The notes under the pieces are model-generated. The model ran no database searches and was not told where the DNA came from. It worked only from the letters and a program-made list of their open reading frames with translations. Positions 41,001 through 53,040 of a stretch of 64,000 bases of DNA are shown in pieces (the stretch's first letter is position 1; each line of letters opens with the position of its first letter). This DNA comes from Eledone cirrhosa (lineage: Eukaryota). The stretch covers positions 84,320,001 to 84,384,000 of the forward strand of contig OZ024743.1 of NCBI GenBank assembly GCA_964016885.1, given 5' to 3'. The position numbers and the translations under genes are program-made.

Positions 41001-42418
41001 AAGAACCAGATATTGTTATATAGTAGTGATATGTCAATATACTAGACATATGTGGCTAAAGAACCAGATATTGTTATATAGCAGGGATATGTCAATATAC
41101 TACACATACATGGCTAAAGTACCAGATATTGTTATATAGCAGGGATATGTCAATATACTAGACATATGTGGCTAAAGAACCAGATATTGTTATATAACAG
41201 GGATATGTCAATATACTAGACATATGTGGCTAAAGAACCAGATATTGTTATATAGTAGGGATATGTCAATATACTAGACATATATGGCTAAAGAACCAGA
41301 TATTGTTATATAGCAGGGAAATGTCAATATACTAGACATTTATGGCTAAAGAACTACATATTGTTATATAGCAGGGATATGTCAATATATTAGACATACA
41401 TGGCTAAAGAACCAGATATTGTTATATAGCAGGGAAATGTCAATATACTAGACATATATGGCTAAAGAACTACATATTGTTATATAGCAGGGATATGTCA
41501 ATATTCTAGACATATGTGGCTAAAGAACCAGATATTGTTATATAGCAGGGATATGTCAATATACTAGACATATATGGCTAAAGAACCAGATATTGTTATA
41601 TAGGAGGGATATGTCAATATACTATACATATATGGCTAAAGAACCAGATATTGTTATATAGCAGGGATATGTCAATATACTAGACATATGTGGCTAAAGA
41701 ACCAGATATTGTTATATAGCAGGGATATGTCAATATACTATACATATATGGCTAAAGAACCAGATATTGTTATATAGCAGGGATATGTCAATATACTAGA
41801 CATATGTGGCTAAAGAACCAGATATTGTTATATAGTAGGGATATGTCAATATACTAGACATATGTGGCTAAAGAACCAGATATTGTTATATAGCAGGGAT
41901 ATGTCAATATACTAGACATATATGGCTAAAGAACCAGATATTGTTATATAGCAGGGATATGTCAATATACTAGACATATATGGCTAAAGAACCAGATATT
42001 GTTATATAGCAGGGATATGTCAATATACTAGACATATATGGCTAAAGAACCAGATATTGTTATATAGTAGGGATATGTCAATATACTAGACATATGTGGC
42101 TAAAGAACCAGATATTGTTATATAGCAGGGATATGTCAATATACTATACATATATGGCTAAAGAACCAGATATTGTTATATAGCAGGGATATGTCAATAT
42201 ACTAGACATATATGGCTAAAGAACCAGATATTGTTATATAGCAGGGATATGTCAATATACTAGACATATGTGGCTAAAGAACCAGATATTGTTATATAGC
42301 AGGGATATGTCAATATACTAGACATATATGGCTAAAGAACCAGATATTGTTATATAGTAGGGATATTTCAATTTATTAGACATATGTGATCAATATACCA
42401 GATGTTATATAGCAGTGA
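35060..42418. repeat. 58-bp tandem satellite, about 7.3 kb and about 125 units
   Basis: Unit tggctaaagaaccagatattgttatatagcagggatatgtcaatatactagacatatg; period 58 (gatatgtcaa at 35343 and 35401). Confidence 0.98.
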
Positions 42419-42852
42419 TCATCATCATCATCATCATTGTTTAACATCTATCTTCCACGCTAGCATGGGTTAGACGGGAATTGTCCCACTTGAGGCAAGA
42501 TTGGTCGAGTGACCGTGTCTCGCTCGTATAGGACTATCTGGCAGGTTTTCTATGGCTGGATGCCCTTTCTAACACCAACCACATTTACAGTGTGGACTGG
42601 GAGCATTTTACCGTATTACCTACACAACCTCTTTAGTTTGGACTGGACGTTATACCAACATAACTTTACAGAGAAATGGCGGTGTTGGTGGGAGTGGGAT
42701 GATGGAGTAGGGTTAGTGGGTTGGAGTGTATATTTGGTTAGGAGGGGCCTACTGACTGTAAGTTAATTTTGCACGTAGTGAAGGCGGGTTTTCTGTACTA
42801 CTGCGTAGCGCCAAAGATCCCGATCTAGTGATATTGTCTTAGAGAGGTGTAA
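42419..42852 (-). mobile_element. 5'-truncated RTE-B LINE at the satellite edge
   Basis: (CAT)n tail, Ceph-like UTR and ORF end match 55390-55845 in reverse. Confidence 0.82.
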
Positions 42853-42854
42853 AA

Positions 42855-43540
42855 CATTGTTATATAGCTGTGGGTTGTCAATATACTAAATATACATGGC
42901 TAAAAAACCAGATATTGTTATTTAGCTGGCATATTAGATATACACAACTAAAGGTCCAGATATTGTTATATAGCTGTGATATGACAATACATATGGCTAA
43001 AGGTTCATATATTGTTATATAGCTGGGATATGACAATATGTTAGACATACCTGATCGATATACCAGGTAGTGGTATATCGATCATATAGCTAGACGCGCC
43101 AATATATTAGATATGCATGACTAATAAACCAGGTATTGTCATAAGAGACTAATATATGGCTAATAGACCAGGTATTGTCATAAAATACTAATATATGGTT
43201 AATAGACTAGGTACTGTCATAAAACTGTGATGTGTCAATATATTAGAAATACATCACTAATAGACCAGACATTGACACAAGACATTAATAAGAGACTAAT
43301 ATTAGAACTGATATTAAGAGAAAGCTGTGATATGTAAATATATTAAAAATACTTAACAAACAGCCGAGATATTGACAGAAAGATGTGATACATAAATATA
43401 TTAGAAATATATAACAAATAGACTAGGTGTTGACAGGAAGCTGTGTGTAAATATTTAGAAATACATGACCAATGACCCAGATATTGTCATAATAGATTAG
43501 GTGACCAATAGAATAAATATTGTTATAAAGCTGTGATGAA
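42855..43540. repeat. Highly diverged relic units of the 58-bp satellite
   Basis: Decaying ccagatattgttatatagctg..atatgtcaatatattaga motifs. Confidence 0.75.
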
Positions 43541-45022
43541 ACCACATTAGCAAGATATTCTGAAAATGTACAAAACAATGATGGCATTGTATTAAACATT
43601 TTCATAATAATCTATTAATACAGATACTATAAACATTTGAAGTAACAAAACCTGTTTCTTTAGATATTTTCTGCTAAATCATTCCAAGATGTTAAAAGTT
43701 AATGTAATTTCCCTACTAAAGCCAAGAATAACCATGCAATCCTCATGATGGGCTCAATCTTGGGGTCCCTTTGAGGCAATATTTTATGGCCAGATGCCCT
43801 TCCTGGCAGTAACCCTTTCAGTCACTTCTTACAACATACAGGGATATGCTGTAGGGATTCTAAACTGGATATCACAGCATATGCAGTAACAACAGAGTGT
43901 ATGATTCTTTTACTCCTTTACTAGTTTCAGTCAATAGAGACCAACCATGCTAGGGCACCACCTTACATTTGATCATATCAACCCCAGTACATATTTTTCA
44001 AGTCTTATATTTAGTTCATGCCAAACTGCTATTTTACGGGACATACACAAAGACATGAACACACTCCCTCACATATATACAGACACAAACACACTCATAC
44101 ACACATACATGCACTCATGTACACACACATGTAAACACACACTCATACACACACATATATGATAAGTTTTTACAGTTTCTGCAACCAAATTTCATTCACA
44201 AGGAATTGATCAACTCAAGGCTCCAAGGCTCAGTAGAAGACATTTGCCCTAGATGCCATACAGTGAGACTGAACCTGGAACCAAGCATTTCTAAAGTAAA
44301 CACCTTAATCACACAGCTATACCTGCACATCTATATAACATTGAGTAACAAGTGTCACTCAATAGAAGCTCTACTCAACCAGTTTCCTAAACAACCAAGC
44401 TCCACTTGAGAGAGAACACTCAACTCTTACTCCAAGCAGCCAATCTAACCGCTACCATAACCATTATTAAGATCTTGAAGGTTAAATAGTGCCTTTAATT
44501 ATGAGAAGAGAGGAAGGTCAGACATAAATACCAATAGGTACCAATATCCTACCAGTACTGTTAGTTATGGAGGTGGTGGTGTGGTGGTGGTGGTGGTGAG
44601 ATTGGTACATGAAATGTCATACAGACTAACTTGCTCAAAATGTATACATAAATAGTGTATGTGCATGTGTCTGTGTATGTCTGTGTATGTGTCTATGTAT
44701 GCATATGTGCCTGTGTGTGTGTGTGCATGTATGTGTGTTTGTATGTTTGTCTGTCTGTATATTCATCTATTTGTGTGTAGGTGTGTATATGTATTTGTGT
44801 GCAATCATAATTATGGTGTGGATGATAGTGATGATGAGGGAGGCAGTGTAGAGAGCAATATTAGTGGTGGTAGTAGTAGTAGTAGTAGCAGCAGCAGTGA
44901 TGGTAATAGTAGCAGCAGCAGTGATGGTTGTGGTGGTGGTAGCAACAACAGTGATGGTAGTGGTGGTGGTGGTAGCAACAGTTAAGTTCAGTGCATAAGA
45001 TATGTAATAAACGAAGTGTGAT

Positions 45023-45163
45023 AAAGATTGATAGGCCACATTTCCGTGGTCCATATGTACTTATATGTACTTAAAATCAAGATCAATCGAGCTTTTGCCC
45101 CTTTGCTCAACATGGGACACCTGTGTTAACGTTTGACTGGTGCACCACTGCAGTCAAACTCAC
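45023..45163 (-). pseudogene. Degraded 28S rRNA fragment
   Basis: The plus strand aaaatcaagatcaatcgagcttttgccc...ggacacctgtgttaacgtttgactggtgcacc...cagtcaaactc matches the reverse complement of a conserved 28S core segment as I recall it, with an internal deletion of about 30 nt. Confidence 0.8.
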
Positions 45164-46158
45164 AAATTAAGGGTTGCGCATCAGTTGCATTGGTGCCCAT
45201 CAAGGCATGTAAAATGCCCCACATGCTTCACACCAGATAATGGTCTGATTCCTTCCATGTGTGTGTGTTTGTTTATCTCATGCAATTTAGTAGTTAAAAA
45301 GAAGAGATTGTTAAAATAAGTAGTAGACTTGAAAATTAATTACTGGGATCAATATGCATGGATAAATTTCTTAAAGGGCAGTGCCACAGCATGGCCACTG
45401 TCTAATGGCTGAAACCAGTACAAAATAATAAAAGGATCTTTTCATTAGTTTTTCATGGATGTCCTGACTAAGGACACCCAAAACAGTCACCAGTTTCGTT
45501 GAAGCTGACCACAGTATAATGGTCAATACTTGTTACTGTGTATCCATCTTGAAAGGATGAAGTGCAAAGTTGACATCAGTGGGGCATGAACTCAGAACAC
45601 AGAGAGTAGGAACAACTACCACAAAGCACTCTATAATGACTCTGCTAAGTAGCCCCCGTATTTGATATTACCCTCTCTCTATATAAGCCAAAATCTATTT
45701 ATAACTATTTGATTCTATCATCCTAAGAGCTGTTATGGTGGGTAAATGAAAAGGTTTATCAAAGAACATGGGCCATGTTTAGACCATGTATGCATGTTTG
45801 GCATTGATATATCATTGCCATTGCATCCACTGTCCGCTGTCGATCACAAATGGGCGCCAGCAATGTCAACTCAGCTACAGCTATCCTGTCCTGTATGAGA
45901 GGAACCATGGAATCAGAGCAACAGTTTGCACACTCGCTCAGTAGAGAGGTGGTGCTCTAATCCAGAATCATAGCCAGACATGAATTGTTTTCCAAAAGCT
46001 TCATACTTTATGACACATCCTGTCCATGTATCTCCCGGTGTGCAGTGGCAATTCTTGCGCAACCCTTGCCAGTAGGGAAAAATGACATTAAATGATAATA
46101 ATGAAGATTATATATATATCATCATCATTGTCATTTTAATGTCCGCTTTCCCTGTTAG

Positions 46159-46213
<55 letters not shown>

Positions 46214-47089
46214 CATTTTACCTCTCTATATATATATATTTAGGAAAAGTGATAAAGATTTTAAAAGAGCATCTAATTTGTTTTTTTATTTTATTTACAT
46301 GTTACATGTATAATACACAACGAAAAACATTTTTTTTTGTAATATCAAAAAGAATAGTTTTTGTATTTCTGTACTTTACTGGTTTCACTTAAAACAGCTT
46401 TTCAAAAGTTTTTTTCATGTTTAATTTACTAGATTTCCTTATATCTATAACGGACTTCTACACAGTTTTTGTCTACCAAATTCCAGTCACTAGGTATAGG
46501 TCAACCTAAGGATACATATAATGTTGTAGTGCACCTGAGCACTGTACACAATAATTTCATTATTATTTAGAAGACATTTGCTCAAGGCACCACACAGTGG
46601 GACAGAACCTGAAACCATGTGATTGCAAAGTGGACTCTTTAACCACACAGCCATGGCTGCACCTGTGGTTCATGGTCCAACACATTCACAGTTTGTTGAT
46701 AAAGAACAGAAAAATGACTGCTGTTGACATTTTCAATGGTTGTTCAGCAGAAATACCATATGGAGATTAATGTCATTCCTCTGAAATATCAACTAAAGTA
46801 GTTTCGAATTGTGTGGGGTCTGTCTGTTGTGTGTACAAAACCACATATTTCTCTGAAAAAAACCCTGACATGCTCATATTCAGGGGCATGGCAATTTTGT
46901 GTTGGCAGAATGATAAAAAATATCTTGTGGTTATAAATTGAAATTTAAACTATTCAGTACTGATAGCCAATGTTGTATAAGATAAGAAAATATGAATTTC
47001 TTCCCAAATGCATGATTCTGACAATTAAGCATGTTGCTGGCAATGTCATAGTTTAAGGCTGCATGTCTTCAAAAGATGTAGGCCATGAA

Positions 47090-47822
47090 CATAGAGTACT
47101 CTAACACTTACACAACATACACAGCATACAGAAAATGACACTACTAGATACTGCACTCACATTAAGTAGGGTATTTCAGTACCTACATAACATACAGAAA
47201 ATAGCAGTACTAGGTACCTACACACAAAATGTAGAATATAGCACTACTAGATATTGTACACATATTACATAGAGCACCTTAGTACTGACACATATACACA
47301 GCATACAGTTACTGCATATATATGATGTAGAGTATCTCATAATTAAAATAACTCAAGGATGGTGAAAAGGCAGTATCGGTAGAGCATCATCGGACACCAT
47401 ACTTTGTAGCATAATTACAGCCCATTATGGTCTGAGTTCAAATCCTGCCGAGGTTAGCTTTGCCTTTCATCCTTACAAGGTCAATAAATTGAAGCACCAG
47501 TAATGCACTGGGGTCAATTTAATCCACTTTCCCTCTCCCCTAAAATTGTTGGTTTTGTGCCTAAATCAGAAACTATTATTTACATAACCCATGCAAGTGT
47601 GGAAAATGATGATGATGATGTTTCACAAAATAGAGAAAATAGCACTGCTAGGTACTGTACACATATTATGTAGAGTACCTCAGTACTTACACAATACACA
47701 GTAGACAGAAAATAGCACTGCTAGGTACTGTACACATATTATGTAGAGTACCCCAGTACTTACACAATACACAGTAGACAGAAAATAGCACTGCTAGGTA
47801 CTGTACTCCATACTATGTGAAG
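47090..47822. repeat. 73-bp minisatellite split by a family-2 SINE (47357-47580)
   Basis: gaaaatagcactgctaggtactgtac at 47635, 47708 and 47781, with diverged units at 47090-47340. Confidence 0.8.
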
Positions 47823-47937
47823 TATTATAAATACAATAGAAAATATAAAACCAAACTCCAACACTGCAGGCAGCCAAGGGACACACAGCTGTGCTCAACA
47901 GTGCAGTGAAAGCATGCAATCAAATTAAGAATACTAG

Positions 47938-48000
<63 letters not shown>

Positions 48001-48249
48001 TGATAATATAAAAACAAAAAAAAAAACTGCCACAGTGTAGCTGGTAGTAATCTTGGCAACTAGCCCAGGAATGCCAGTCTAAATTCCAAGACTGGGTGAG
48101 GATTTCTTAGATTATATAATAATAATAATAATGATGATGATAATAATGATGATGATGATAACGATGATGATGATGATAATGATAATGATAACAATAATAA
48201 TAATCTTCAGAGTAATGTGGATTCTATTTTGAAATCTGGATAATATAAT

Positions 48250-48467
48250 GGTTTCTGATTTAGGCACAAGGCCAGCAACTTTGAGAAGAGAGGAAGGTCG
48301 ATTAAATCGACCCTAGTGAATGACTGGTACTATATTTTATCGACCATGTAAGGATGAAAGGCAAAGCTAACCACAGTGGGATTTGAACACAGAACGTAAA
48401 GGTCTGTAACTCTATGCTGTGAAGCAGGGTGTCCGACGCTCTACCAATACTGCTAATCCACCACCCT
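48250..48467 (-). mobile_element. Family-2 SINE
   Basis: Reverse complement of the gggtggtggattagcag...gttcaaatccc...aaatcagaaacc structure. Confidence 0.8.
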
Positions 48468-48478
48468 AAGAAATAATG

Positions 48479-49694
48479 CTTTCTTTATTAACCACAAGGG
48501 TTTACACAAAATAAGACATTAAGGACAGTACTTGCCTCTCTCACCCATCTTTCAACAAAATGCTGGAAAGAGAGCACTTCCCTCTCTACCCTGATTTTCC
48601 TTTACAAATGAAATTTAAAAAAGTTAATCAGGGCATCACCGAAGAGGTAAGTGCTCGTCTTCAGCCCTTTCAAACGCATCCACCATCGCCACCAAACAGA
48701 TAAAAACTGCCTGCCCTTCCCGGCTAAAGGAAGAGGGCGGGACAATTCTCACGATGGACTCAGCTGATAGCCGGATCCGTCCTACACGCGACAGCAGGTG
48801 TTCGACATAAACACACAAGTCAGCAATGCTCGGACACTGGACGAGTGCGTGCAGGACGGTTTCGTTGCCCTGCGTGCATCTCGGACATGCCCGGCTGACG
48901 GCACCTCCATGCCTGTAGAGTTTATCACGAAATGGCAAAGCTCCTCGGTAGCACTGCCAGGCCAGGGATTTCTGGAAGTTGTCCATAGGCCCCAGCCCGA
49001 AAGTTCTTCCGAAGAGATTGGCTAGTTGATTTTCGTCGACGCCTAGAGTTTCCCCAAGTACGTCGTCGCTCTTCCCCTCCACTAATTCTCTATAGAACGC
49101 CAAGGTGGAGTTTCCACTGATCACATTGCCCGACTGGTCGAGGGCTGTTAGTGCCTGAAGACATTCCAATCTCCAAGCACTCCTTCTCGGTCTTCGCTTG
49201 ACCCAGGACTGCAGCTCTGTCAAGAACACGAGCTGGGGAAAGACGTGTCTAGCAAACAGCGACCACACCTGATCACCATCGAGGAAGAGGTGGAGATGTC
49301 GTAGCCTGAGCGCGTGTCTGCGCATCATCAGCCACGGCATGCCCAGCCCTCCACGTAGCGGGTGTTGACAGCAGATGGACCATCGGAGCGTGTCCCTTCC
49401 TCAAAAATTGAAAGAGCAAACGCTCCAGCGCAGTCAGGCGAGGCTTAGGACAAGGCACGACGGTCAGGCGGTAGTAGATGACGGACGCGATGTACGCATT
49501 CGCCACCTCCGCTCGACCTTTCAGGGGTAGCTTCCTCTCTGTCCATTTCTGGGTGAGAGAAACCACCCTGCTCGTCACCTCGTCCCAGTTTTTGTCCGTC
49601 TGGAGGTCCGGACCGAACCAGACCCTAGCAATTTAACAGGTCCATCCGTCCAGCGTCCGATGACACTGTTGGACGGCATGGACCTGCCTCTCCA
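48479..49694 (-). mobile_element. 5'-truncated L1/Tx1-clade LINE with a 19-bp TSD
   Basis: ORF pieces LPLKGRAEVAN...LERLLFQFL and LAWQCYRGALP...CPRC..ETVLHALVQC (zf-RVT-like). AATAAA at the 3' end. TSD accaccctaagaaataatg at 48460-48478 and 49695-49713. Confidence 0.88.
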
Positions 49695-50164
49695 ACCACC
49701 CTAAGAAATAATGATATTAAAAAGTTTTCCAAATGAGATGTTTTACACCTGGATAATATAACAATATATTTTCAAAGGGTTAAAATATACACGATCGACA
49801 CTGTGCCATTGATGTGTGTCTGTGTACACATCTGAATGTATATGTTTCTGTGTGTGCATTAGCATGTGTGTGTGTATGAGAAGAGACAATAGAAAGATAC
49901 AGACACCAAATAGAGAAGACAGTGAGTGAGTTAATATTTCTTGTCTGTTTCCAGGCTGGCATCAGTTGATCAAAACCAGGAGCTTATTCTGGTTTCTGGT
50001 GATCTTAAGGGCTAACCATCTATATATCTTGACCCTTCAATAGTTTGCTCCCCTTTAAGAGAGCCAGCAGCAACAGCAAGATTTATCCTGCTAAAGGATG
50101 TCCTGCCTGGTGCCAACCCTTGGTGTCACCTTTTACAACACACTGGATACTATGTAGCTATTCC

Positions 50165-50710
50165 ACAGTGCACCTATTCTAAACCAGATACACACAGGAA
50201 TACAGTGTACCTATACTAAACCAAATACACACAGGGATACAGTGTACCTATACTAAACCAGATACACACAGGGATACAGTGTACCTATTCTAAACCAGAT
50301 ACACACAGGAATACAGTGTACCTATACTAAACCAAATACACACAGGGATACAGTGTACCTATACTAAACCAAATACACACAGGGATACAGTGTACCTATA
50401 CTAAACCAGATACACACAGGGATACAGTGTACCTATTCTAAACCAGATATGCACAGGGATACAGTATACTCATTGTAAACCAGATATGCACAGGGATACA
50501 GTGTACCCATTGTAAACCAGATATGCACAGGGATACAGTGTACCCATTGTAAACCAGATATGCACAGGGATACAGTGTACCCATTGTAAACCAGATATGC
50601 ACAGGGATACAGTGTACCCATTGTAAACCAGATACACATGGGGATATGGTATACTTATTCAAACCAGATACACAGACATGGTGTGCCTATTTAAACCAGA
50701 TACACAGAGA
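50165..50710. repeat. 37-bp minisatellite, about 14 units
   Basis: aaaccagatacacacagggatacagtgtacctatact; period 37 (50403, 50440). Confidence 0.93.
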
Positions 50711-52430
50711 GATGGCACCAAGCATTTTAGTCACCTCTTACAAAAAAGTAACAAAATGAAGTATCTTGTTCAAGGACATAATACATTGCTAGTCCAGGAA
50801 TTGAACCCAAACCTTATGATCATGGGTCCAACATCTTCACCCACTTATTCCTGTAAGGGTCGTAGGGGCAGAGTCCTCAAACACTCTTTCCAGCAGGTCC
50901 TGATCCTACTAGATACCCAAGCAAGACCAGCCAAGCTCGTGGATGTTATCCAACTCTCTTGCTCGGGGCCTACCCCTTGGTCTCCTGTCAGTTGGTTTTG
51001 CCCATAAAATCTGTCCAGCGATTCTTTCCTGAGACATTCTAACCACATACCCATAGTATCGGAGCTGTGATCTCTCAATTAATTTAGAAAATAATCAAGA
51101 ATTTTGAGGAATTTAGTAATACCACTATTTTATTCATAAGCTAATGTTTAGATAAAAAATGTCTTAAATAAGATCATGATGGAAGATTTTAATATAAATA
51201 TGAACATTTTAAAATGGACAGTTTTGGTTGATTGGGTTCAGCCAGTTTGGTACCATAAGGGTTAAATGAGAAAAGTATATTGATGATGTTTGGTATCCCC
51301 CTTCCCTCTTCACTAACGACGCACCAGTGGCTTTCATTACTTGCCTTTACATGAACTTCTAGTAAAAGCCCAGAATATAAATGTCTGTGACATCAGTTGA
51401 CATTTCATTGTTTGTTGTTATAGAGACAGTGGAGACAGTCTAGAGACACCGCCCTTATAAGGAGTCTTAAATAAACATAATGTTAGTTGTTGGTCACAGT
51501 TGTTGTTGGGAAAACTCAGAGGGAGGTCAGTTGAGGTCAGTAAAACAAAGGAAACTATGTTATTTTTTGGATATCTACTAGAATAAAATAGTGAAGGTAT
51601 ATAGCTTAGTGATTAGAGTATTCAGCTCCTGATTTTAAAGTCATGAGTTGAATTTCTGGCAACACATTCTGTCCTTGTGTTACTCCAATCCACTCAGCTG
51701 GCAAAATTGAGTTGTACATGTAATTCAAAGAGCCATCTGTGTCACACTGAATCTTTATGAGAACTACATTAAGATTACACCTGTCTGTGGAATACTCAGC
51801 CACTTACCCCATAATACAAAATTGATTGTACCTGTAATTCAAATGGCCAGCATTGTCATACACAATGTTCTACACTGAATCTTCCTGAGAACTACATTAA
51901 AGGTACATATGTCTGTGGAATACTCAACCACCTACCCCATAATACAAAATGGACTGTACTATGTTAAGCATACACATGTCTGTGGAATACTCATCCACTT
52001 ATGTTATAATACAAAATGAACTGTAACTGTAATTCAAAGATCCAGCCTTGTTATACACACTGTTTTCATGCTAAATCTGCCTGAGAACTATTTTAAGGTT
52101 AGATATGTCTGTGGAATGCTCAGCCACTTATACGTTTGTTTCACAAGCAAGCTGTTCCATTGTTTCATTGGTTGAACAACTGGAACACACATCTTCAGAA
52201 GCAATGGAGGTCAGACACATTTAAATAACTGTGGAAGTGATGAGACTGCAGGAGAAAGTAGCACTGGTCTGTGTCAGGAGATATTCACACAGTTAATGTA
52301 GGAAGTAAGAAAGGTTGTTATTGTTTAGCACCTGATATGATTATTAATGATAGAGATAAGGCTATGGCTTCCATTTCTGGTTAGGATGATGCATTTTATA
52401 TATATATATATAGAGAGTGAGAGAGAGAGG

Positions 52431-52462
<32 letters not shown>

Positions 52463-52467
52463 AGAAA

Positions 52468-52625
52468 GACCCCCACAAATGACCATGGGATTTGCACCTA
52501 CAGCTGAGTAAACTGGAGCAATGTGAAATAAAGTGTCTTGCTCAAGGAAACAACACATCACCCGGTTGAGAATTGAACTCACAACCTTTCGATTGCAAGC
52601 CCAATGCTCTAACCACTAAGCCATG
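52468..52625 (-). mobile_element. Internally deleted tRNA-CORE SINE of the 1414-1740 type
   Basis: Head and CORE are joined directly to the ggtgcaaatcccatggtcatt tail. Confidence 0.7.
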
Positions 52626-52747
52626 TATGAGTATGGGGTTAACCGAACAGAGATGTGCGGACTACATTAAGGGCTGTCGGTTGCAATGCAGATAAAAAGA
52701 AGTGCTCAACAACCTATAGAAATGGTGTAATATATATATATATATAT

Positions 52748-52934
52748 ATATTGTTATACTTTGGGAGGGTCATGTTGCCAATAAGAAACACACGAACCAG
52801 TTGCTTTCACTTCAATTTATTATAATAAATTTATAAATTTATAAATTTATAAATTTATTATAATAAATTAAGTGAAAGCAACTGGTGCGTGTGTTTCTTA
52901 TTGGCAACATGACCCTCCCAAAGTATAACAATAT
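52748..52934. repeat. Near-perfect hairpin of about 187 bp with a palindromic (ATAAATTT)n centre
   Basis: ttgttatactttgggagggtcatgttgccaataagaaacacacg / cgtgtgtttcttattggcaacatgaccctcccaaagtataacaa. Confidence 0.93.
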
Positions 52935-52988
52935 CGGTTTCAACACACGATTTCAGATAAAGAATCTTGCTAAACAAATTCAGAAACG

Positions 52989-53036
<48 letters not shown>

Positions 53037-53040
<4 letters not shown>

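Noticed and set aside
35060-42418. CRISPR-like array with palindromic repeats
   Set aside because: There are no unique spacers or cas genes, and the context is a eukaryotic intron. It is a satellite.
42403-42872. TSD around the RTE-B insertion (tgttatatagc.gtg)
   Set aside because: It cannot be told apart from the satellite's own repeated sequence.
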